A stretch of 63,214 nt of DNA, the filler included, from Salisapilia sapeloensis CBS 127946 (taxonomy: Eukaryota > Protista > Oomycota): the NCBI GenBank assembly GCA_023334545.1. It is 10 parts of 10 records of this genome, joined end to end, with 100 filler letters (N's around TTAATTAATTAA, not from the genome) between each part and the next. Parts side by side here need not be neighbours in the genome. Positions count along the whole stretch, not along the records: positions 22,070 to 40,137 come from JAADVB010000326.1; positions 40,238 to 47,717 come from JAADVB010000516.1; positions 47,818 to 49,701 come from JAADVB010001017.1; 7 more parts are not named here. One strand, written 5' to 3'. This document shows positions 35,449-48,076 of the stretch, one piece after another; position 1 is the stretch's first letter, and each line of letters starts with the position of its first letter. Under the pieces are notes generated by a model. The model did no database searches, was not told the origin of the DNA, and saw nothing but the letters and a program-made list of their open reading frames with translations. The position numbers and the translations under genes were made by a program.

Positions 35449-37627
35449 TTACGTTCGTTTCTTCTTTGCAGATCCAGAAGTTTTCGAACGTTGTGCGATA
35501 TGCATCTTTGGACTCAATTGAAGACTCGCGACACTTTTCGCAGCTTTTTTCTGGAGTTCATCCCGAGACAAAACGCGGTCTTCGCCATCGTCACTTTCGC
35601 CATCGTCTTCGCGTAGCTCTTTAGATGCCTTAGCTTTGGTATCATGCCGCTGCATTGCCTTCACGTTCGGACTAACTATCCTCGGAGATTCTTCATTTCG
35701 TGCAGGACTAGAATCCCGATCTGCCGTGGACGTCGAACCGGCAAATTCAGGGAATGCAGATTGTACTGCGTTGAGGGCTCTACTAGGGTCACTTGGCAGG
35801 AGGTTCGCACCAAGAATTGCCTTCGGCATCTGACCTGGGTTTCTGGCCAACAGCATCTTTGAAAATTGCTCAATGACTTCGTTGCAACGTTCCTCAATCA
35901 TCTGCATTCATGTGGTAACAAATTTAGCAAGCGTAAATCGATATGTAGATTCGCAAACGTACCGATAGGAATTGCAAGACGTTGCCTTCCGTGATGCCAT
36001 GTGCAGCGATCATATTGTTCATCGAGTTAATGCGAGCCTGTACGAGGTTTAGCGGATTAGAAAGTAGCAAACGTGATACTAGTCAAAACTCTACTCACCA
36101 TCATGAGCGTCTGGTCTTCGGATTGTCTTCTCGATTGTTGTGTCACTTCATTGTTGTTGTTTGCTGCTGCAGGCTAAACCGAGTAGAAATGTTAGAAGGT
36201 AGAGAGTAATTAGCGACTTTTACGTCTAAACAGAAGCAAATTGCTTCACACCTGCATGATATCACCACAACCGATGGCATTGTATAGACGGTCGACTGCA
36301 CGAGCTATAGGATAGAACTCTCGAAGGGCCATTGCTCGCATCCGCTCATATTCTGCATTCTCTGTTTGAAGTCTGGAAAGAAGATTTAGTGCTCAATCGT
36401 TAGGGACGGTCAAGCGCAAACATAGATAGCGTGTTTACTTGTGGCGAGATTCGACTAGCATATCCACGACCCGGTTGCGGTGATCATCGTCAGTTCTTGC
36501 TGCAGCCCCACTCAAGCTAGTATCAAGAAAAGTAGCGTAAGGGTATACCATAACAAGTTGGCAGTTGGAAAAAGATAGTACGTTTGCGCCTCTACTTCGG
36601 CTTGTGTTTTTTCTTCCTCAAGCTGTTCGACTTCATTACGAAGGTTTTGCACGTACTTGAATAGTGCAAAATTCTCCTCCTCTTTTTCCTTGTACTTGCC
36701 AATGATGTCATGACAATCTTCCACTTCCAATTCCTTCTGGAGCGTTGCAAAAACTGTCTCATACTCTTGAAGTTTGGTATTCACACACTCAACAGCTTTC
36801 TTGTCCGCCTCCATCTACACCAGGGACGAGTTACATTTTCACATGACGTCGAATTCCATTTCGTCCTACATACCGTTTGCTCAATATCAATCAAGCTTTT
36901 CTTTAGGTTCTGCTCGTCATCTATTGACATGTTGCCTCGCATAAAGTCTTCTGCACAATCCATAGGATCTTCTTCCAGCACTTGTTTTCTGTAAGCTTCC
37001 GATTTCTCCTGCTCGTGCTTAATGATGGCAGCCAGATTGTGGTATACGTGGTCAAAGCTCTCCTGCTCCTCCAAGTTACTATTCGTTAGAGAATACGCTT
37101 GAGCAAGAATCTATTCCGTATCCATTATACCTGCAGGTCAATTCATATAAAAAGAGTACAGCACTATAGGTACTTACTCGATCCCTTTCAGCCATTGTTT
37201 GCGTCGCTTGCTTAAAGTTTTCCTGCATTTGTCGCTGAACGTCTTTTAATTCCTTTTGGTGCTTTTCAAAAATGGTTTGGCTAAGCAGACGAGCTGCACG
37301 CAACTCGTCAACTCTACGCTTTAATTCATTGTTCATTGTTTTCATCTTGCTCTCTCGAGAGCGACATGCAGACAATCGATTCTCCAACTTCGTAAGCTCT
37401 CGTTTTTCATCAGCTATTTTGGTTCGTACAGCGTTCATACCACCACCTCGATGATCTCCTTCGCCTCGGCGCATACGCAGCTCTTTCATTTCCTCCAAAA
37501 GCCGCTTGTGTTGAATGTCGAGCTGCTTCAATCGCTGCTTCTGACCTATCAAAAGGCGAGCATACTTGTCTCCTTGAATTTGAAGTTGGAAGAGCTGCTC
37601 ACACTGAGCTTTTGCACTCATCGCCAT
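35449..37627 (-). CDS. ODAD1: Outer dynein arm docking complex subunit (ODA-DC2 / CCDC114 / CCDC63 family), multi-exon
   Basis: LTKLENRLSACRSRESKMKTMNNELKRRVDELRAARL and KYKEKEEENFALFKYVQNLRNEVEQLEEE are coiled-coil signatures of this family; several short introns. Confidence 0.8.
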
Positions 37628-37907
37628 CGTTACCAGAGATATCAATTAAATGCTTACTACGTTAGGAAGACTTGTACAGTACGAATATCTTTGTCTTACA
37701 AGCCACAAATAGCTTTGAAACTCCTCTCGAGTTGGTGGGTGGGAATGGAAACTTGGATAAAATATGGACAAAACCTGACCGAGGCGTAAGTTCATCTTTA
37801 TTTGCTTTGGAGAAATCTTACACTGTGCAAAGATCTTTGCAAAGCACAGAATGTGCAAACTGTGGCCTCGGCTTGATGCCGTACTGCAATGCTACACAGC
37901 ACTAAAG

Positions 37908-39143
37908 TTATTTGTCGACGTAGACAACTTGAGGCAGCTGGAAGCCATTGAAAGCCGAGCCTGTGGCAAAGCTATATGCTCCCATGTGGGGAAAGAGAAT
38001 CCAGTCACCGATATTTAGTAGCGGCAACTCGGCTTCTTTGGTTATAAAGTCCTTGCCATCACAAGTCGGCCCCCAAAGACTGCATGGTACACTCGTGGTT
38101 TCCTCTGACTTTATGGTAAAAGGCAACGGGTTGTACACTTTAAACAAATGTCTCGCCGTGAAACTTCCGTGTGCTCCGTCGTTGACAAAGTACATGTATC
38201 GAGGAATGTGGAGATTATCTTCCTTCTGTTGTTTTGCGCGTGTTGTTAATTCTCGATCTCGCTTGCGACCAATGATGTTGAGTGCTAGCACAGCACAGCC
38301 AGAAACAAAGTATCGCCCAGGTTCCGAAATCACTTGAACGCCATCCGACTCGGGAAAGCATTGGTCGAGTGCTTCATTCACGACTTCTGCGGCATCCTGA
38401 ATATTAATTGGGCCAAGATCGTCACCTGCAAATCCTCCACCGATGTCAAGCACATTTAATTGAAAACCAACTTCTTTTGCCATATCGAATACGGTCTTGG
38501 AACGATAAATAGCATCAGCGAATGCGCTTGCTGCAAGAACGCCCACACCTGTGTGATAAGTCACTCCGACCATGTTAAGATCCAGTCTCTTGGCAAGCTT
38601 GAGCAAGTCCACCGCTTCGTCCATTGGTGACCCAAATTTGGGTCCGAAGGATGATCGCGACTTTGAGTCATCCACTTGGATACGCAGTAACAGCCGTGAA
38701 GACGGGTAAATTTCGGCAATCTTGAGCAACTCATCTTCGTTATCTACCGCAAGCAGGTCGACACCACGCTCCTTCGCCAATTTGAGGTGAGAAGCTTGCT
38801 TGATGGTGTTGGCATAGACAATCGAATCTGGATCGGCACCATGTTTTAATGCAAACTCAATTTCAGGTCTACTGGCGCAGTCAACACCACACCCAAGTTT
38901 CACTAGGAGCTCCACCACACGAGGATCGGGGCAGCATTTCATGGTGTAGAATGGGTGCACACGGGGCATCAGCGTTGTAATCAAATGGTATTTTGCAGCA
39001 ACAGCACGAAGATCGATTACATAGAACCCCTCCTCATCACTATCGTGTTGCTGGGTTGCAATGTGGTCCATAATCCGTCGCCGTAGGACATTGTCAAGCT
39101 CTGTAGCATGATGGTTTACTTCGAGTTTATCTAGGTTCGACAT
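37908..39143 (-). CDS. ODC1: Ornithine (group IV PLP-dependent) decarboxylase
   Basis: HPFYTMKC (PLP Lys), DCAS, YANTIK, LRI, KFG, LDIGGGF, SEPGRY, WGPTCDG, GDWILFPHMGAYS, FNGF. Confidence 0.92.
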   Translation of the reverse strand: MSNLDKLEVNHHATELDNVLRRRIMDHIATQQHDSDEEGFYVIDLRAVAAKYHLITTLMPRVHPFYTMKCCPDPRVVELLVKLGCGVDCASRPEIEFALKHGADPDSIVYANTIKQASHLKLAKERGVDLLAVDNEDELLKIAEIYPSSRLLLRIQVDDSKSRSSFGPKFGSPMDEAVDLLKLAKRLDLNMVGVTYHTGVGVLAASAFADAIYRSKTVFDMAKEVGFQLNVLDIGGGFAGDDLGPINIQDAAEVVNEALDQCFPESDGVQVISEPGRYFVSGCAVLALNIIGRKRDRELTTRAKQQKEDNLHIPRYMYFVNDGAHGSFTARHLFKVYNPLPFTIKSEETTSVPCSLWGPTCDGKDFITKEAELPLLNIGDWILFPHMGAYSFATGSAFNGFQLPQVVYVDK

Positions 39144-39862
39144 TATTCTTGGCGAGACTGCGAGTTGAAGAATGAGAGATACCCGACAAGTGTACCTGAT
39201 ATGGACGATGACCCCAAGAATTTTCTATCACGAATGACGATTCACCAAATCGGGTAAATAATCAGATTGGCTTTTGTAGTCAGTTGGAAGTGAAGGATGT
39301 GCGTAAATGTATATACTTGCGCGAAAAGGTATGATCTACAGCCGAACAGCTTGCACAAGCATAGACCTAGGACATAAGCTGTACATGGCGGTAACCTATC
39401 AATGTTCTCCAAGTTTCTATTTGTTTAATGCTCAACGACGGCTACTATATTAAATCGATGAATACATTCAAACTAGATGGTCGAGTATGCTACCATCATC
39501 TTCTCCATGCAATTCCACTAAAAGTTTTTTCGCTACAAGCATGTCTTAAATAGCCTTATACTTCAACTATAGTTTCGGTTGGTACGAATATCGATTTGAT
39601 ATCTAATAAACCTACCTGCTCGAGTACCATTCTCAGTTCTTCTAGCAATCTCCAAATATTTACGGTTTGTTTAATTGAGTATCGCCCGTTGCTGCATTCA
39701 ATCACATTCTCATGTTGTTTTAAAAATCATTCTTATTAGAATGACCTTGCAATGTCAAGGTCGCAAGCGAATCCAAGCCTGAGGAATGCTCGAGCGTCCA
39801 GCCCTGTCCGACATTTACAATCACCGCAGATACCTCCATGACAGCTTTCCATGCTGAAAATA

Positions 39863-40137
39863 CCGTTCGCATCGACCGTGTCGCGACTGGTGGACTCATC
39901 TTGGAATGCGACGAACGAAGAGATCCAATCGGACACGCACGAGATCCGTACGCGAGTGACGAAACAGGCGATATTCATGTACGCCATGATGGTGGCCTCG
40001 TGGTTCATGGTCTACTTCCTTCCGAAGCAGCGTCTCGAGACGCAAGAGCTGAAGCGCAAGAACCAAGACAGCTCCCTTTTGGGTGCTATTACGCTGGGTT
40101 ACATGACGGTCGCACTCTTTTGGTCCATCATCACGAA
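39863..40137 (+). repeat. Inverted repeat arm B: 5'-truncated duplicate of the FBT 3' coding region
   Basis: Near-identical to the reverse complement of 22070-22344; the in-frame upstream sequence is unrelated and contains a stop. Confidence 0.9.
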
Positions 40138-40237
40138 NNNNNNNNNNNNNNNNNNNNNNNNNNNNNNNNNNNNNNNNNNNNTTAATTAATTAANNNNNNN
40201 NNNNNNNNNNNNNNNNNNNNNNNNNNNNNNNNNNNNN
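40138..40237. other. Artificial contig linker
   Basis: N44-TTAATTAATTAA-N44. Confidence 0.99.
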
Positions 40238-40239
40238 CC

Positions 40240-40737
40240 AAGAAGGTTCGACTCTGTCTCACTTGCGACCAGTTCACGAACCAAGTCAGCTCGTACAAGG
40301 TAGCTCGACAGGAAATTCGAGCGGGGCGGTACGAGAAGGAAGGCAGTGGATGTACCACGGTTGAGCTATCGAGGATCTCACAGATGACCGAAGGATCGAA
40401 TGATCTAGCCGGCAAAGAATCCTGCGCCGGTGAAGTCTACGAGTTTGAGAATGACCAACGCAGCCCTTCGACGGAAGGCTCCTTAAGCGCCTTTGCACAG
40501 TTCACGTCATCTAGTAATAATGCTCAAGTTGTCGAGTCGAAGAGACGGTCCTCGGGAGAAGATGCGTCCGCACAAGGAGGTGCGGATGGGGAAGACGAGT
40601 TGGATACGATGATTGAGAATGTATGGCGGGGCAGCATTTCGGAGCTTTCTCTCAACGATCAGGAGCGTGATCGTCAGTTGGCGTGGCTAAAGATGACTGA
40701 ACTACGATTCCGCCAGGATGAATCAACTACTGGATAG
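40240..40737 (+). CDS. C-terminal fragment of an oomycete START-like/FYVE family protein
   Basis: Frame open from the contig start: KKVRLCLTCDQFTNQVSSYKVARQEI (last Cys pair of a FYVE-like finger), then a Ser/acidic tail. Confidence 0.55.
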   Translation, partial: KKVRLCLTCDQFTNQVSSYKVARQEIRAGRYEKEGSGCTTVELSRISQMTEGSNDLAGKESCAGEVYEFENDQRSPSTEGSLSAFAQFTSSSNNAQVVESKRRSSGEDASAQGGADGEDELDTMIENVWRGSISELSLNDQERDRQLAWLKMTELRFRQDESTTG

Positions 40738-41413
40738 TTCAAAGGAGAGGAGAAGCGTGGTGCATGAATAGTAGTGACGCAGCGCTAAAGAAACTGGAGT
40801 TGGTTGTGAGTAGAGTATGTTAAGAATGCGTTTCATGTTGCTACCTTATAGACGGTGCTTCTAAAGTATATGCGTTCGCTTTGTTTCGTGCTGCAGGGCC
40901 ACCTTTCACTGAGCGTATATCGCCAATAATTTCTGTAATTGAGTGTGATCGCTTCTACTACAGAACGAGAACACTTCTTTAAGAAGAAAATTGAAGATTA
41001 ATTGTCCTTTAGTCCTTGCCTTGAAGTTCTCTCTACTTCTACGGCAACCTAGGCCAGGCAAAGATCTCGTGATGAATGATTGTCATGGTAATCTGGCAAT
41101 CTTTTCTACGGAATGCAAATGCAAATGAAAAGAAAAAGAGAGCGTAATTCTGCTTGAATGCAGTCACCGTCAATATTGAGTGATCAATACCTCTAGACTA
41201 CGCTACACGGCTTTGTTATCTCTGCTATCGTTCGTCTTACAGCGATTGTATGCTTTTGATGTTCTCTTGTGTTATAGATTGATAAACACGAAATACATTT
41301 CTAGGGAAGGCAAAACAATCATGTAGAGAAACCATTTTAGAAAAGATAGCTTGAATATTCTTCGCAAATAGAGCTAGCACTGGAGTAGCAAGAAGTCAGC
41401 TACACTTCCAAAT

Positions 41414-44400
41414 TTGATCCTTTGGAACAGGCGCCTCTTCACACCAGGCTACCGTGGATCGACGCTAGGAGTCGTCGACGGTATCCCCGGTCTGCAGCTC
41501 GCACATCAAGTGACCAACTACTACCCTTGCTTACCTTACGTTCTATCACGTATGGCAGGTGCCTCTCCAAGTGTTCACGCACCAAAAGATCCTCTGGATC
41601 CATCAACTGAAGGCTGGGTTACAGCATACTCAAGATCGGCTAAAAGAAGCATAAAGCTTCCACCAAAACTACTGCCGACAAGGGCGGTCTTTCTAACAGA
41701 AAGGAAACAACAAGTCGTCCTGTGTCCAAATCTAGATCAGGTCAAGTTTCGGCAATCGTGCCGCAAGGCCGTACAGAAGTGCAGCTACTCCGGAAACTCA
41801 TTCCTAATGGAGCAGCGCATCCAATACTTTTAGAGTATTTGTTAACTGCCCATGACTACGCTATTGCAAAACGAATTATAGAAGACCATTACAAAAAGCT
41901 TACGAAACCTCGTTTAAAACATGAATATGACGAAAGTAAACATGAATGGGAAAGCAACTATGAAGTCCCTCACTCATTACAAAAGTTCCAGAAAACTTGG
42001 AATCTTACTGATTCAGCTGCAATCCAAGAATTGATTGAGCTGGCCACTCAATGGCTGAAAGTAGACAAGATCTCTCCATATTTGCTAAAAAGGCGCATGG
42101 TAACCTGGACTTTGCTCAACAGAATACCTAAAGAGTGGACGCCTACTCGGAACATGCTAGAACGAAGTAACCCAACTAATCGCACTATGCAGGTGTACGA
42201 CAATAAATTTAAAACTCCTGCTTATAGTAAGCAGACGTCGCAATGGAAAGGATGGGATCTTCCAGATACATACATTTCCAACGAAAAGCTCCCACCTAAA
42301 TTAACGGTTGATGGCGACGGTTCAACTGATGAAGGCTCAGTGGATGAGCTTGAACAAGCTATCCAAGCCAAACTCACGAGACTGGCAGTCTTATGCGCCA
42401 AGTCGGCTGTTCCAACCTTGAATTTGCGTATAATTACTGGAGAAGAAAAAGAAGCCATTGATCTAATTCTAGCTGGCAAGCTTGAAGTGCCAGTTGTTCC
42501 AGGCTTCATGAAGCAAATCCTCAATCCTGTTCAACTTTCTGAATTTACGGACCTATTTCATGCGCAGACTCAAAAGGGCCTTCATGGGCACTTGCCACCA
42601 GGGAAACTGGTCCATCAATCTTTTCCTATTGATAAATTATGGACATGCTCACCGCACCTTTGGCTGCTTCGGACACCTTTAAAAGCTACATGACAGACTT
42701 CAAAGCGTCAATAAGCTCCGTCAATTACTCTGAAGCGAAAAGAAAGTTAGAATTTCGCTTTACTAGTAAATCTACTGCTCAAAAATGGGATGGAGCCTAC
42801 GTTTCGTTTAACTGGGCAAAAATACTTATACATGATTACCAAAAGAGAGAGCCAACCTTATGCAAGCAGGCTTAACACCTATCCTTCGCATCGATAGCTA
42901 TCCTTTCAGTCCTAAATGCTTAGATGGCGAGCTAGGTGCGAGAGATTTTATGCATCTACTAACCAAGGTTTTAAACCTAAAAGTAGTTTCGCTTGAACAA
43001 GCTCCTTTACACTCTGATGGTACTGATGCCAAAGTTTGGCAGATATAATTGATGGACCCCGAATGCCCCGAGGTGCTACAAAAGCACACACATATTCAAA
43101 GGCATCAAAGTTTGATAGCTATCTATCACAACAAAGTGCATTTAGGTCTGCCTTGTATAATTTGCAGGAAGCAAGGACACAGCTATAGGGAATGCACAGA
43201 GACTACTGAGTCGGCGTTGGCTAGTAGAACTGAGATGACGTTGCTCACTGCTAAGAAGTATGGATTACAAAAAAGTCCAACTTTCCCCGCCAGTCTAAGA
43301 TGACGGATATCACTACAATGCAAGCTTTCCAGGAGATGTTACTTTCTAATGCATTGGCAGACTCGCAGTCTAAATCGCAGTCTAAATCACAAGGAAAGAA
43401 ACAGACAAAGCGTCCAAGTACAGCTCCATACGGATCGTAAGCTAAGCATCCGTCAGCTACCCTCAACGACGCGGTCAAGAAGGATACTGATGATACAAAA
43501 AGCAAGGGCACAGGTTCTATGGACGGTGAAAATGCCTCACCATCATCTAACATATCGAACCCTGGAACGAATGATGATGCCGATAAGCATAACATGGATA
43601 CTAATCAGGATGATCAAGTAGCTGAGGATGGTAAGAAAGACGTGGATGCCAAAATGGATGTAGACATGGATGACTATCTAAACCAGGACCTCCTTTACAA
43701 AGCCACTCCAGATATTGATACTGGTCAAACTGGTGTCTCTGATCAAGAGTCATCGTTCAATTTAACAGAAAATGTTACCACTACAAAGCTAGACACTGCT
43801 GCAGATAATACGACACAAAAATGTAAGAAACTAAGATTAAGACGCCGATCGTCGGTTCATGAGAGCCGGCTTAGATCTAAAGCTATTAGGCGGAATACGG
43901 ATGACAAAACTACGGCCAACTATTTCAAAGCTCCTTATCTACAGTATTTAGTAAAACATTCCGTGCCTGTAAAATCCCATCAGATTGAGGAATTGACGGA
44001 GCCATGCGAAGAAGCATCGCATACAGACATCTCCTGCAATCAACATGTTTTGAATACAGGGTTTATGACTCTCAGAGAAGCACACACTAGCTCCGACTCG
44101 CCGCACCTGAGCCATCGTGTTCAGCTGCGCCCACAATCTCTTCCGTAAGAAAACCAACTATGGATGATGAATTGCAAGTATCCTCGGATTCCATTACGGA
44201 GGATCCGCTTGCTACAGCTGTACACAAGGAGGAAACCATTTCAGTGGACAGTGCGATGGATGAAACCTTTCATAAGACACCATTAGACACTGCAATCAAA
44301 GAAGAAATTCCCTGCTCTGATACCTTCAGTGACATACCCTTGAATTCCATGACGGAGAATGACGCAGTTCAAAATTCGACTGTTACGCTCATTGCAACGC

Positions 44401-47400
44401 CAATTATTGATTCAGTAGGTGCTTCTTCCATGTCACACTTAATCGGTCTTACTCAAGGCGTAAATCACGACTCCATGCAAGTGAGGACGGTGAGAAAACC
44501 ATGCGAAGAAATACAGCACATAAGTCTGCAACTGAGTATGCATCTTTGAATACTCTTAGTGAGGAAGGCTTTCAAATAGGAATTACAGTCTCCAGCTCAA
44601 CAATGACATACAATTGTCAGAATTGGCTGACCCCTGTAAAAGGTACCATGATATCGGCACCAGCAAATGGCCAATGTGCATTTACAGCACTCTATGCGTC
44701 TATGACCAACCATAACTCACCTGGTATTCGTTTTGGGGCGGAAATCAATTCAGAGGTTCATTCTTTGAAGTCCCGGATTTACACGCTCATGATGGCAAAT
44801 CTCTCGCACGATATAGAGTGTGAGCTTCTTGATCCAAATGTGGAATTGCAGAGGCTCTACCCGGACCGCATAATCCCAACATCATTGAAGGTTATGACTG
44901 CTCAGCTATATGCACACTACTCGCACCACGACAGTTGGCGGTGGATGCATATTGACCCAAACCTTTTTGGGCTGGAGCCGAAGTACTCCGTGCAATGGCG
45001 CAACTATTGTGTGAGCCGCTAATAGTGCTCAGCGTGGACAAAGTTGATACAACGCATATAGGCTATTACTATTATACAGATTATGTATTGCCTGATGGCG
45101 TACAGCATGAATCTGGCTGTGGTGGATTCATCACTGATGATCACGCTGATTCCTATATTGCTGCCTGCGCTAGTCTTCACGTGGTTCCAACGATGTTACT
45201 TCTCAACGTAGACAAGGGGCACTTTTATAGGGTCTCTCAACATGAAATATACTTACAATGGGAAGCAGAAGGAGATCCTACATACGTGGAGTTATTTAAA
45301 GGTCAATACCCATGGATCGCGGATCTAAGTGCCATTCCTGAGGTGAATCTGCCCTATTGTCTGATCTTCCTGGTCACGATAATCTGGTGGACAATGATAG
45401 CACCAACAAAGCTATAATATGCCGCGTTTCTATGAGAAATCGCTTAGACATTATCCTGCAATGTCTGAATTTACACCCGCTTAACGCGTTTGTATCTAAC
45501 GATGACGAGCTAGGAAAACTTGCTTTAGCTGTAGGTACTGATATTTTGATAAAGTCGAGGCTTCATAACACACTTGTCTTGATACACGATAGCGCATCTA
45601 CATCTATCGATGAACCAACAGGCAGAGGTAAACACTCGAGTCGTCATGTAATGCTGACATTACGACAATACGAGCATTTACTCTAGCTTACTGATCATGG
45701 TATGGGTGGAAGCGTTGCTGATAGGTCTTTACTGAACACTATGCACCAGAGCAATTTATCAGCGGCAAATCGCTGGTCAAAACTTTCTTTTCATCTCATG
45801 AGACACCCACGGAAATGGCGGATAAAGCATACCATTTAGGTGAATTATTCCTCCAAACGATCACACAGAATGCGAGTATTACATCACTGTGGCACGCACT
45901 TCGCTATCCGGAATTGGCGGCTCAGAACCTTTCAACTAGCACCTTACGGAAAGTCGGCGATCACGCCATCTTTACTAATCACTCTAACCTTCTTGCTCGC
46001 ATTAGTGCAGATACAACTCAGCCAGAAGAAGCAAGAAAGCATTGCAGCCGATGGCTCGCAGCATGTCAATCTCTTTCTGCCGAGTACACTGTTGCAAAGA
46101 TAATTACTAGTCCAGCGAAATGGAATACGCTTCATCAATGGTATCCGAAAGCTGTTTATGCACCGAGGCCAAACAGTATATCTATAGATATCTGGCGTGC
46201 TCTACACTTGTTAGCACAGTTAATTCGAGAATGGAGCATGACACCAATGGGACTTATAGATGAAATGCCTAACTATGTATGGTATCGCGCTTTTCCTAAC
46301 ATCAAAAAGCTCTGCGATGATATAGCAACTAGCAATGACTGGTCCAGGACATGGGCAGTGAAACTGGTACCTCGTCTGGTCTACAGGACTTAACTTCAAG
46401 TGATGCTGAGGTTGAGCTTACTGATAGGTCTTAAGGGCAGCCAGGCCCAACAGCGGTGGATGCTTCCATGTCAAGCATCTGACCGCACTGTGGAACAGAA
46501 AGAAATCAGTACTGAGAACCATCCTACGTTACATCAGTACCTTGTTCCACAATCCGCTGCAGACTATGCAGTACAGCAACATCGTGCATTTAATCAATTC
46601 CGCACTCAAATTGCTAGAAAAAACAAACGTAAGCACACACGACATGAAGCAAGTCTACACGGTCTAAACAACTTACAATCTGGTATAAACACACTCGGGG
46701 TTACCACTCAAAATATCAATGGCATAGGGAGCCTACATGCGGACAGAGCAGCATGTTTTCGCTTATTTCAAAACACAGATCAACTTGGCAAACATGATAT
46801 CGTCCTTTTGCAAGAAACGCATGTTGCTACCGCTGAAATGGATTCTTTGACAAGGCAATATTCCTTGCACTGGGGCTTCAGACCGACAGCTGAAAGCAAA
46901 GCAGTTTCATATTGAAGTGCTGCGAAGGAGCGAAAAGGTGGCGTCGCTGTCCTGGTCAATCCATATGGAGCATTCAAAGATGTCAAGCCAGCACTCACGG
47001 CGCACTGGTCTCCATACTTTATGGCAGTTACTACAGGGATTGAATCGACGAGTTTCCTCCTTCTTAATTGCTATGCTCCACATCAACCAAAAGCAAGAGA
47101 AGCCTAATTCCAGCAATTAAGCCAGATCATTCTTCCATCTTCAAACGCTGTATTGTGTGGAGGCGACTTTAACTGCACGCTACATCATGCAGTAGATCGT
47201 AGCCATGAATCGACAATGCACAACAAGATTCACCCCCGTTACGGCGAGTCCTTGATTATTGGGGCTTGATAGATGCGGCTATCCATCTTCGTTTGGTGTC
47301 TTCTGATACGGCTACAGCCGGCAATGCACTATCTAATTTGCATACGTATTTTTATCATTTCATGGAGGTGAAGCAACATCCAGTCGACTAGATCGTTCGT

Positions 47401-47717
47401 ATGTGTATGGTGACGGTGCGATATGGACCAAACGATTGGAAGTCTTACCACCAGTAAAGCAAGCGGACCATAATGGCGTTAGGCTGCGATTAGTGTCTCC
47501 ACACGATCCAACTAAAACGCAAAAATTACCTCGCATCCACCCACCACCTGCGTATGCAGCTAAAGTCATTGAAGCATATGCAGTGCAAGAGCTTGAAGCA
47601 CACCTAGCTCGAGCAACAACGAGTGAAAATGCTCTGACAGCGCTGGAAGCAGCTGAAGCCTGGGATGAATTCAAAGTGAAGCATTGGAAAATGATACTGG
47701 CAACTATTAAACAGCAA
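41414..47717 (+). mobile_element. Degenerate L1/Tx1-like non-LTR retrotransposon (gag-like ORF, CCHC knuckle, OTU-like protease, APE endonuclease; RT region cut off)
   Basis: CIICRKQGHSYREC at 43154-43195. PANGQCAFTALYASM...WAGAEVLRAMA...GHFYRV at 44650-45235. APE motifs TQNING, IVLLQETH, LCGGDFNC, RLDRSYV, ADHNGV from ~46700 to 47500. Many frameshifts and stops. 5' boundary approximate. Confidence 0.85.
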
Positions 47718-47817
47718 NNNNNNNNNNNNNNNNNNNNNNNNNNNNNNNNNNNNNNNNNNNNTTAATTAATTAANNNNNNNNNNNNNNNNNNNNNNNNNNN
47801 NNNNNNNNNNNNNNNNN
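47718..47817. other. Artificial contig linker
   Basis: N44-TTAATTAATTAA-N44. Confidence 0.99.
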
Positions 47818-48076
47818 GCCACCCGGCACTGTCTGTGTAGGAATCTTTCACCACGCGCCGGGATGGGTGTCGCTCACGGTACATGGTCACATTGTCGGAT
47901 GACTTGACCGCTTTCCAACGTTTGTCGTCAAGTTCACGGGGTACTGAGCGATCAAATTTTTGAAAATGCCGGAGTGCTTCGTGGACGAGTATCATCGCGA
48001 TACGCTTGCAATCAGCCTTTTTTTCCTCCGACAGGGAGAAGCCTTTGTATGCGTCTGCTGTCCATTGTGTCGACAT
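47818..48076 (-). CDS. N-terminal fragment of an oomycete START-like/FYVE family protein
   Basis: FSLSEEKKADCKRIAMILVHEALRHF...LDDKRWKAVKSSDNVTMYRER; runs off the contig end. Confidence 0.65.

Noticed and set aside
43361-43395. Short tandem repeat TCGCAGTCTAAA in the LINE
   Set aside because: Two and a half copies encoding an SQSK low-complexity linker.
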